Below are positions 8,417 through 17,939 of a stretch of 35,683 nucleotides of DNA, piece by piece. Each line of letters opens with the position of its first letter. The first letter of the stretch is position 1. The stretch covers positions 1 to 35,683 of the forward strand of contig JBKJLC010000179.1 of NCBI GenBank assembly GCA_046597055.1, in the 5' to 3' direction. The stretch is from Kofleriaceae bacterium. Its GTDB lineage: Bacteria > Myxococcota_A > Polyangia > Haliangiales > Haliangiaceae. A program made the translations under genes and the position numbers. The notes under the pieces are model-generated. The model searched no databases and had not been told where the DNA came from. It was given only the letters and a program-made list of their open reading frames with translations.

Positions 8417-8845
8417 GTGCGGCTGGTGCTCACCACCCTGATCGTCCTGGCCGCTCCCGCGCTGGCCGGTCCTGCGACCGAGCGCGCCGCGCTGCCGGGC
8501 GCACCGGGCGCGACGACCCGGCCGGTGAAGATCGCGGGCCGCCACTGCGCCGAGGCCGGCCGCACGGTGATCGCCTCGCCGTTCGCGTTCGATGGCATCC
8601 GGGTGGTGGTGGCGGACGCCGTCCCGGGCGCCGCGGTCGATGTCACGGTGCTCGCGGGCTCGTCCGATCGCCGGGTCCGCGCGCGCGGCGGCGGGGCCTG
8701 GTCGCTCCGCATGTCCGACCTGGCGCCGTCGGGCCCGGTCGTGGTCGCGATCGAGCCGTCGCTCGATGCCACCGTGGGCGCATGCGTGATGCGGATCGAG
8801 CTGCTGCGCGACGAGCGCGTGGTCGCCGACCTGCACGTGCGCTGA
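8417..8845 (+). CDS. Small secreted hypothetical protein (beta-rich, two Cys)
   Basis: Signal peptide VRLVLTTLIVLAAPALA; high GC3 from 8417. The ORF-track extension upstream is lower GC and looks non-coding. Confidence 0.65.
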   Translation: MRLVLTTLIVLAAPALAGPATERAALPGAPGATTRPVKIAGRHCAEAGRTVIASPFAFDGIRVVVADAVPGAAVDVTVLAGSSDRRVRARGGGAWSLRMSDLAPSGPVVVAIEPSLDATVGACVMRIELLRDERVVADLHVR

Positions 8846-9020
8846 GCCGAGCGAAGCGAGGCGGCTCTGGTTCCGTACAGATCGGGCGCGGCCTCCGGGC
8901 CGCGGCCGATCGATCGAAAGGGAGGGTGGGATTCGAAAGAATCACAGCCTCCGATCTGACCGCGGCGCGGGTCGCGGACCGGCACGTGCGGTGACCGCGG
9001 CGGCGTGATACTCCGCAGCG

Positions 9021-9566
9021 GTGCGCCCCGCTCGTGTGTCCGGCACCTCGATCGTTGCCGCGTGGCTCGCCGCGGCGATCCTCGCCTCGGTGGCTTGCTC
9101 GCGAGGACCCGCTCACGGTGAAGATCGCGGCAGCATGACGACGCCACCGGCCCCGCCCGACGCGAGCGCGCCGCCGGTCGCCACCGCCAAGGTCTACCTC
9201 GAGGGCTCCGCGGGGACCGCGACGGTCGCGGTCGAGGTCGTGCGGTCGCCCGGCATGGTGCAGCGCGGGCTGATGTACCGGAAGTACCTGGCGCCCGACG
9301 ACGGCATGCTGTTCCTGATGGGCGACGAGGACGTGCACCACTTCTGGATGAAGAACACGTTCATCCCGCTCGACATCCTGTTCATCGGTCGCGACCTGCG
9401 GGTCGCCGGCATCCTCCACGACATGAAGCCGCAGGACACCGCGTCGAAGGGCGTCGGCAAGCCGTCGCTGTACGTGCTCGAGGTCAACGCCGGGTGGAGC
9501 AAGACCCACGGCGTGGGCCCCGGCACCGTGGTGCGGTTCGACGGCGTCGAAGCGGTCGCGCGCTAG
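9021..9566 (+). CDS. DUF192 family lipoprotein
   Basis: VEVV..P...QRGLMYR..L.PDDGMLF, FWMKNTFIPLDILFI, YVLEVNAGW; lipobox-like SVAC. Confidence 0.92.
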   Translation: MRPARVSGTSIVAAWLAAAILASVACSRGPAHGEDRGSMTTPPAPPDASAPPVATAKVYLEGSAGTATVAVEVVRSPGMVQRGLMYRKYLAPDDGMLFLMGDEDVHHFWMKNTFIPLDILFIGRDLRVAGILHDMKPQDTASKGVGKPSLYVLEVNAGWSKTHGVGPGTVVRFDGVEAVAR

Positions 9567-9571
9567 CGCGC

Positions 9572-10246
9572 CTACTCGTCGCGCTCGATCTCGTCGTCGC
9601 CCGCCAGCTCGTCTTCCTCGACGCCGCCGCCCTCGGTCGCGCGCCGCCACAGCCGGCGCAGGCGGCCCGGCCCCGGCGGACCCTGGCCGTCGTCGTCGCG
9701 GATGCCGTCGCGGTTCGCGTCGCGCGTCGGATCGCGCGGCTCGCGCGGCTCCTTGCCGCCCGGCGCGGGATCCTTGATCTCCTTGCCATCGCGATCGCTG
9801 CGCTTGAGGCGCACCGCCGCCTTCACGTCGGGGTCGACCCCGCCGAAGCGCTCGCTGTTCGGGATGAACCGGATCTCGGTCTTGATCTCGAAGGACAGCG
9901 TGGTGAGGAGCCGCGCGATCTCGTCGGCCAGGTTCATGTGCGCGAGCGCGTCGCGGACCTCGCGCGCGACGACCTCGAGGACCTTGTCCTTGGTGTTGTC
10001 GGCGGTGTCAGCGAGGTACCCGGCGACGTTGCCGGCGACGGTGGGGAGCTGCAGCTCGCGCGTGATCTTGCGGATGCCCTCCTCGGTCGAGAACACCGCG
10101 CCGAGGCCGGCCGTGAACGTGCGCCGCACCAGATCCGGAACCAGCGCCTCGAGCCGCTGCCGCAGCGTCTCGCTGATGTCGCCCTTGCCGGGATAGCCGG
10201 CATCCTTGGGGCCATCGGGCGGATCCCCGGCATCGTCAGTGGTCAT
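9572..10246 (-). CDS. Hypothetical protein with phasin-like helical core and charged disordered tail
   Basis: Strong codon bias. DLVRRTFTAGLGAVFSTEEGIRKI resembles the phasin-like AG.GA...T.E pattern. Preceded by a TTGACA-17-TACGCC promoter. Confidence 0.7.
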   Translation of the reverse strand: MTTDDAGDPPDGPKDAGYPGKGDISETLRQRLEALVPDLVRRTFTAGLGAVFSTEEGIRKITRELQLPTVAGNVAGYLADTADNTKDKVLEVVAREVRDALAHMNLADEIARLLTTLSFEIKTEIRFIPNSERFGGVDPDVKAAVRLKRSDRDGKEIKDPAPGGKEPREPRDPTRDANRDGIRDDDGQGPPGPGRLRRLWRRATEGGGVEEDELAGDDEIERDE

Positions 10247-10251
10247 GAGGT

Positions 10252-10280
10252 GGCGTACCGCTCCGCCCTGGAGCTGTCAA
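10252..10280 (-). promoter_or_regulatory. sigma70-type promoter, probably leaderless
   Basis: TTGACA (10280-10275), 17 nt, TACGCC (10257-10252), 5 nt, ATG 10246. Confidence 0.6.
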
Positions 10281-10321
10281 CGAACAGCACGGTCACGTCG
10301 GACGCGTGTTACGCTCCCGGC

Positions 10322-12130
<1,809 letters not shown>

Positions 12131-12222
12131 CTCGCGCTGCCGGACGCGCGGGCGCGTGGCGGGCCGGAGAATGCCGCTTTCGACGCGGCGCTCGCGCTGG
12201 TCGCCTGGCCTAGGATGCCCGC

Positions 12223-14289
12223 ATGCGACTGCACCTCGGGCTGATCATCGTCGGTGGAAGCGTCCTCGCGTGTGGCGGCTCGGGCAAGCCGGGGGTCGTG
12301 CCCGTGCCCGATCCCACCCGCGCGGCGGGGACCGGCGCGGCGTCGCCGGCCGAGCCGGGGCCGCCGGGCGCACGGCCAGCGCCGGAGCTGATCGCCGCCG
12401 ACACGCCGCGGGTCACGGCGGGCGGGGTCGCGTACACCGCGCCGGCCGGATGGACCCAGCGCGCGAGCGGCGCGCTCGTCATCCTGACCGCGCAGGAGGG
12501 CGACGCTCACGTGGCGATCGTCGATGCGACCGCGACCGAGCCCGACGCCGCGGTGGCCGAGGCGTGGAAGCTGTACCAGTCTTCAGCGGCGCCGCCGCTG
12601 AAGCTCGCGACTGACGAGCCCGCGCGCGAGGGCTGGGACCAGATCCGCACCTACCTCTACGAGGTGTCGCCGAATCAGAAGCGCACGGTGGTGGCCGGGG
12701 CGCTGCGCCACGGGACCCGGTGGGCGGTGTTCGTGCTCGACGCCGCCGACGCGACGCTCGATCGGCGCGGCGCCCAGGTCGGCCTGGTCGTCACCTCGAT
12801 CCGCCCCCAGGGGTACCGCCGCGAGTCGTTCGCGGGCAAGCCCGCCCACAAGCTCGACGCCGCCCGGCTCGCCAAGATCGACGAGCTGATCGAGCTGGGC
12901 CGGACCGCGTACGGCATCCCCGGGGTCGCGATCGCGATCGTGCAGGACGGCAAGGTGATCCACGCCCGCGGCTACGGCGTCCGCGAGCTGGGCAAGAAGG
13001 CGCCGGTCGATGCCCGCAGCCTGTTCATCATCGCGTCGAACACCAAGGCGCTGACCACGCTGCTGCTCGCGCAGCTGGTCGACGACGGCAAGCTGCGCTG
13101 GGACCAGCCGGTGACCGAGGCGTACCCGGCCTTCAAGCTCGGCGACCCCGCGACCACCGCGTCGACCCGGATCGAGCACCTGGTGTGTGCGTGCACCGGC
13201 CTGCCCCGCAAGGACATGGAGTGGATCTTCGAGTTCGACCAGGCGACCCCACTGACCGAGATGGGGTACCTGGCCGCGACCCAGCCGACCACGAAGTTCG
13301 GCGAGACCTTCCAGTACTCGAACCTCCTGGCGGCCGCCGCCGGGTTCGTGGCCGCCCACGTGGTGGCGCCGAAGCAGGAGCTAGGCCGCGCCTACGACGC
13401 CGCGATGAAGGCGCGGGTGTTCGACCCGCTCGGGATGAAGGCCACCACCTTCGACTTCAAGAAGGCGCTCGCGGCGAACCATGCCACGCCCCACGGCTGG
13501 GACATCGACGGCAAGACGGTGGTGGCGCCGATGGACCTGAACTACTCGATCGTCCCGCTGCGTCCGGCCGGGGGCGCGTGGTCGAGCGCGGACGACCTCA
13601 TCAAGTACGTCCAGCTCGAGCTCGCCACCGGGGTGACCCCGCGGGGCAAGCGGATCGTGTCGGCCGAGAACCTCCTGAAGCGGCGCGCGCCCTACGTCGC
13701 CAGCGGGGAGGACCAGCATTACGGCATGGGCCTGGGCGTGACCACGACCTACGGCATCCCGGTGATCGACCACGGCGGCAGCCTGGTCGGGTTCAAGAGC
13801 AACATGATGTGGCTGCCCGAGCACGGCGTGGGCGCGGTGATCCTGACCAACTCCGATCTCGGCTACCCGCTCCAGATCGCGTTCCAGCGCTTCCTCCTCG
13901 AGCAGCTGTTCGATGGCAGGCCCGAGGCGGCCGAGAGCCTGACCGCCGGGGCGGTCACCGCCCGCAAGGGCGTGACCACCGAGCGGGGCCGCCTGGTGGT
14001 GCCGGCCGAACCTGCCGCGGTGGCCGCGCTGGCGAAGCGCTATGTCAGCCCGGAGCTCGGGACGCTCGACGTGATCAGCCGCGGCGGCGCCACCAGGTTC
14101 GACCTGGGCGAGTGGCAGACCGTGGTCGCGTCGCGCCAGAACGACGACGGCACCCGCTCGTTCGTCGCGACCACGCCCGGCCCGGCCGGGCTCGCCTTCG
14201 TGGTCGGTGAGGTCGTGGACGGCAAGCGCCGGCTGATCCTGCGCGACGCCCAGCACGAGTACGTGTTCGTCGAGGCCGCGGCACGCTAG
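12223..14289 (+). CDS. Serine hydrolase, beta-lactamase class C/AmpC-like superfamily, lipoprotein
   Basis: Lipobox VLAC; IPGVAIAIV..G; SxxK = SNTK; YxN = YSN; PAGG.WSS..DL; HGG; extra N-terminal domain of about 180 aa. Confidence 0.9.
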   Translation: MRLHLGLIIVGGSVLACGGSGKPGVVPVPDPTRAAGTGAASPAEPGPPGARPAPELIAADTPRVTAGGVAYTAPAGWTQRASGALVILTAQEGDAHVAIVDATATEPDAAVAEAWKLYQSSAAPPLKLATDEPAREGWDQIRTYLYEVSPNQKRTVVAGALRHGTRWAVFVLDAADATLDRRGAQVGLVVTSIRPQGYRRESFAGKPAHKLDAARLAKIDELIELGRTAYGIPGVAIAIVQDGKVIHARGYGVRELGKKAPVDARSLFIIASNTKALTTLLLAQLVDDGKLRWDQPVTEAYPAFKLGDPATTASTRIEHLVCACTGLPRKDMEWIFEFDQATPLTEMGYLAATQPTTKFGETFQYSNLLAAAAGFVAAHVVAPKQELGRAYDAAMKARVFDPLGMKATTFDFKKALAANHATPHGWDIDGKTVVAPMDLNYSIVPLRPAGGAWSSADDLIKYVQLELATGVTPRGKRIVSAENLLKRRAPYVASGEDQHYGMGLGVTTTYGIPVIDHGGSLVGFKSNMMWLPEHGVGAVILTNSDLGYPLQIAFQRFLLEQLFDGRPEAAESLTAGAVTARKGVTTERGRLVVPAEPAAVAALAKRYVSPELGTLDVISRGGATRFDLGEWQTVVASRQNDDGTRSFVATTPGPAGLAFVVGEVVDGKRRLILRDAQHEYVFVEAAAR

Positions 14290-14305
14290 CGCGACGTCTG
14301 GAGCG

Positions 14306-15244
14306 TCAGCGCGGGAACAGCGTGTCGCGCATCTCGATGATCTGCGCGCAGGTGGTCTCGGTGGGGACCCGCACGGCGCGGAAGGTCGACGGGTTGCCCG
14401 GCTGCTGGGTGACCATCGGGTTGAGGTTCTTCACCGCGCCGACCTGGCCGGCGCTGCAGGCGCCGCCGCCGGCGAGGTGACAGCCGAGGATGCCGAGCTC
14501 GACCGAGGCGTCGATCTCGCCGAGGATCAGATCGGACGAGTGGACCTCGCCGTCGAGGGCGAACTGGGTGCGCAGCGCGACGTAGACCTCGTCGAGGTTC
14601 ACCGCCGGGACGTTGTAGGCGTTGAGGGTCGCGCCCGGCTTGCGGTCGGCCTCCTGGTCGCACGCGCAGTTGGCGCCGATCGCCAGGTTGCAGGTGGTGT
14701 CGGCCGACGGCGGGCAGGTCCGGAATACGCCGTTGGCGTCGGCCTGCGGCAGCGGCGCGGTGGTCGCGGTCGACGCCTCGAGCACCGCGCCCAGCACCAG
14801 CGTGAACGTGTCGGTCTCGAGCGTCGCGCAGCTCTGATCGGGCGACGACAGGACGCCGTTGCCGGTGACGCCGGCGACCGACGCGACCGTGGCCGCGGGC
14901 ACCTCGAACTGGATCGGACGGTCCTGGCCGGCGATCGGCACGTCGGGGATCTCGATGCCACACGCCGCCGCGATGACCTGGACCCGGGTGCCGGTCTGCA
15001 CGACGTCGAGCGTGATCAGCAGCTCGGCGCTGGTGTCGACCTCGACCAGCCCCGACGCGTTGACGTGGACGTTGAGCGTGCCGAGCACCGCCGCGCGCGT
15101 GCCGTCGAGCGCGAACCGGCCGCCGGGCCGGCACTGCTCGCCGTACACGCGCGCATCGACGTCGCCGCCCGCGGTCGAGCCGGCGCACGCCGCGCAGGCG
15201 GCGGTGATCGCGGACAGCGTGAGCGAGGTCCAGGCCGGTGGCAC
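14306..15244 (-). CDS. Cys-rich hypothetical lipoprotein
   Basis: Hydrophobic N-terminus with AAC/ACA lipobox candidates; about 10 Cys in the mature part; DQEADRKPGAT motif; high GC3; TGnTACTGT upstream. Confidence 0.75.
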   Translation of the reverse strand: MPPAWTSLTLSAITAACAACAGSTAGGDVDARVYGEQCRPGGRFALDGTRAAVLGTLNVHVNASGLVEVDTSAELLITLDVVQTGTRVQVIAAACGIEIPDVPIAGQDRPIQFEVPAATVASVAGVTGNGVLSSPDQSCATLETDTFTLVLGAVLEASTATTAPLPQADANGVFRTCPPSADTTCNLAIGANCACDQEADRKPGATLNAYNVPAVNLDEVYVALRTQFALDGEVHSSDLILGEIDASVELGILGCHLAGGGACSAGQVGAVKNLNPMVTQQPGNPSTFRAVRVPTETTCAQIIEMRDTLFPR

Positions 15245-15294
15245 GGTCGTTGGACAGTAGCATCGGTTGATGCTCGGCCCGCACGCGTTGTCTA

Positions 15295-16650
15295 ATGCGC
15301 GCCTTCGTGGCCCGTGCGCTCCGTCACCTCGGCATCGTCGCGCTCGTCGTCGGGACCGCGCCGCCCGGCCGCGCCAATCCGGCCGAGGTGTTCGGCCTCG
15401 GCAGTCGTCGCGCCGCGCAGGCCGGCGCCGGCGTCGCCTCGGTCGACGACATGGCGGCGACGCTGGTCAATCCGGCCGGGCTCGCGCGCAGCCGCGGCCG
15501 CTGGCTCACGCTCGGCGGCCAGGCCGCGGTGTCGAACCTGCGCGTCAACGACCGCCGGCTGTCGTTCTCGGATCCGGCCGGCGCGATCTTCGGGGTGGTG
15601 CTGCCGGCGCCGCTGGGCGGACCGCTCGCCGATCGCCTCCATATCGGGCTGGCCATGTACGTGCTGCCCAGCGGGATCGCCCGCATCGTCGCCCGGTTTC
15701 CCGACGAGCCGTTCTATCCGTATTACCAGGGGCGCACCGAGCGGCTCGTGATCCTGCCCGGCCTGGGTGTCCGGCTCACGGACAGGTTCGAGGTCGGGGC
15801 GTCGGCCAACGTGCTGGCCGGCCTGACCGGTGGCATCCAGGCCGGCGAGGGCGCGACCCGCGGGCTCGAGGCGCGGGTCGACGAGAAGGTGCCGACCATC
15901 GCGCGCGTGATCGCGGGCGCGACCTTCGCGCCGCTCGAGGCGTGGCGGCTGGGCGTGGTGTTCCGCCAGCGGTTCGAGGTCCCGTTCGCGACCCGGGCCG
16001 AGATCGAGGTCGCCGGCGAGCCGATCGATCTCGACCTGCGCGCGACCGGTCAGTTCGCGCCGAGCACGCTCGCGATCGGCGCGGCGTGGTCGCCGGGCCC
16101 GGCCACGGTCAGCCTCGATCTCGCGTACGCGCGCTGGTCGAGCTACCCGGGGCCGTTCGTCGCGGTCAAGAGCGCGCTGCCGCTGGTCGGCCCGCTCGCC
16201 GCCAACCTGCCGACCGTGCCGTGGCAAGACACGCTGGGCCTGCGGCTCGGCGCCGAGGCCGAGGTCGCGGACGGCCTGCGGCTGCGTGGCGGCTACGGCT
16301 TCGAGACCTCGCCGGTGCCGGCCCGCCAGGAGGGCGTGACCAACCTGCTCGACGCGCCCAAGCACGTCGTCGCCGCGGGGCTCGGGTTGGTGCGGCGCCG
16401 CGCCGGCGCCAAGACGGTGCGGCTCGATCTGCACGTGCAGGCGCAGCTGCTGCAAAGCCGGCGCCTGACCAAGCGGATCTTCACGGCCGACGAGGATGGC
16501 GATCCGTTCGACGCCCTGCGCGACGAGGTCACCGACTCGCCCATCGAGCCGGCCAGCCAGGGCGCGCAGATCTCGAACCCCGGCTACCCGCGGGTCGACT
16601 CCGGCGGCCAGGTGTTCGCCGGCGGCCTGACCCTCGAGGTCGAGCTGTGA
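15295..16650 (+). CDS. FadL/OmpP1-like outer-membrane beta-barrel (copy 1)
   Basis: Signal peptide; hatch-like FGLGSRRAAQAGA...NPAGL; alternating beta-strands; LRLGAE..LRGGYGFETSPVP; C-terminal strand GGLTLEVEL. Confidence 0.82.
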   Translation: MRAFVARALRHLGIVALVVGTAPPGRANPAEVFGLGSRRAAQAGAGVASVDDMAATLVNPAGLARSRGRWLTLGGQAAVSNLRVNDRRLSFSDPAGAIFGVVLPAPLGGPLADRLHIGLAMYVLPSGIARIVARFPDEPFYPYYQGRTERLVILPGLGVRLTDRFEVGASANVLAGLTGGIQAGEGATRGLEARVDEKVPTIARVIAGATFAPLEAWRLGVVFRQRFEVPFATRAEIEVAGEPIDLDLRATGQFAPSTLAIGAAWSPGPATVSLDLAYARWSSYPGPFVAVKSALPLVGPLAANLPTVPWQDTLGLRLGAEAEVADGLRLRGGYGFETSPVPARQEGVTNLLDAPKHVVAAGLGLVRRRAGAKTVRLDLHVQAQLLQSRRLTKRIFTADEDGDPFDALRDEVTDSPIEPASQGAQISNPGYPRVDSGGQVFAGGLTLEVEL

Positions 16651-17939
16651 CCGTGGCCTGGCGGGGCGGGGCGGCGGCGCTGACGCTGGCGCTGACCGCG
16701 ACGGCCCAGGCCGACCCGCTCGAGGACTTCGGGTTCGGCGCCGCGGCCGCCGCCACCGCGGGGGCCCGACTCGCGACCGCGACCGGCGCCGAGGCCGCCC
16801 ATCACAACCCGGCCGGGGTCGCGCTCGAGCAACATCCGGCGGTGATGATCGGGTGGGGCTACGGCCTGATGCAGCTCGAGCTCGACGGTCGCGACGCCGG
16901 GCTGCTCGATCCCCACGGCCTGGCGCTGGGGCTCGCGATCCCTGTCCGGCTTTCGGACGACTGGCGGGTCGCGGCCGGCCTGGCCCTGTACCTGCCCGAT
17001 CAGTTCCTGGCCCGGCTCCAGCTGATCCCCAACAGCGAGCCGCACTTCGTCCTGCTCGACAACGACCCGCACCGCGCGGTGGTCGAGGCGGTCGCGTCGT
17101 TCGTCCACGGCGACAAGCTCGGGTTCGCGGCGGGCGCCTCGATCCTGGCCGATGCCCGCAGCAAGAAGCTGGTGTTCGACGTCGGCGTGGTCGCCGGCGA
17201 GAAGGTCGGCGCGGCCGAGCTCGACGTCGAGCTGCCCGCGCGGCTGGCGCCGATCGTCGGCGTGTGGGTGCGGCCGCACCCGCGGGTGCGCGCCGGCATG
17301 GTGTATCGCGGCGAGCTCGCGCTCGATCTCACGCTCGACATCATCGCCAACGTCGAGGTCGCCGGCGTCGTCACCGGCGACGTGCTGGTGTCGATCCGCG
17401 CCACCAACTTCTACACGCCGGCGCGGGTCGGCGGCGCGCTCGCGATCGACCTGCTGCCCGACCTGACCGTCGAGGCCGACCTGACCTGGAACCGGTGGTC
17501 GGGCTACCCGCCGGCGGCCGACCTGGCGGTGTTGATCGCGCTCGATCTCGAGCCGCCGCTGGTGTCGACCGCGCAGCCGGCGTCGAACTTCACCGACACG
17601 ATCAGCAGCCGGGTCGGCGTCGAGTACCGCCGGCCCGGGCGGCGCACCGACCTGGCGGTGCGCGCCGGCGGCGCCTGGCTGCCGTCGCCGGTGCCGGCGC
17701 AGACCGGGCTGACCAGCTACGCCGACGGCGACCGCCGGCTGCTGTCGGCCGGCCTCGGCATCCGCCTCGCCGACTGGGCGCCGATCCTGACCCGGCCGGT
17801 CGACCTCGATCTGGCCGTGCAGTGGCAGAGCGTCGCGCACCAGCTCACCCGCAAGCAGCTCGAGCCGGCGCCGGGCCAGGCGTTCTCGTCGGGCGGCAAC
17901 ATCTTGCACGCCGGGGCCTCGGCGACGGTGCGGTTCTGA
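16647..17939 (+). CDS. FadL/OmpP1-like outer-membrane beta-barrel (copy 2)
   Basis: GTGA overlap; signal peptide ending AQA; FGFGAAAAATAGA...HNPAGV; RVGVEY..VRAGGAWLPSPVP; ends ATVRF (beta-signal-like). Confidence 0.85.
   Translation: MTVAWRGGAAALTLALTATAQADPLEDFGFGAAAAATAGARLATATGAEAAHHNPAGVALEQHPAVMIGWGYGLMQLELDGRDAGLLDPHGLALGLAIPVRLSDDWRVAAGLALYLPDQFLARLQLIPNSEPHFVLLDNDPHRAVVEAVASFVHGDKLGFAAGASILADARSKKLVFDVGVVAGEKVGAAELDVELPARLAPIVGVWVRPHPRVRAGMVYRGELALDLTLDIIANVEVAGVVTGDVLVSIRATNFYTPARVGGALAIDLLPDLTVEADLTWNRWSGYPPAADLAVLIALDLEPPLVSTAQPASNFTDTISSRVGVEYRRPGRRTDLAVRAGGAWLPSPVPAQTGLTSYADGDRRLLSAGLGIRLADWAPILTRPVDLDLAVQWQSVAHQLTRKQLEPAPGQAFSSGGNILHAGASATVRF

Noticed and set aside
8846..8862. 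GAGCGAAGCGAG motif, similar to 23626-23641, as a REP-like repeat family
   Set aside because: Only two short imperfect copies in the window; genome-wide counts would be needed.
12223..14289. Calling the serine hydrolase an antibiotic-resistance beta-lactamase (ampC)
   Set aside because: The motifs define only the superfamily; size and HGG motif fit peptidase/esterase members.
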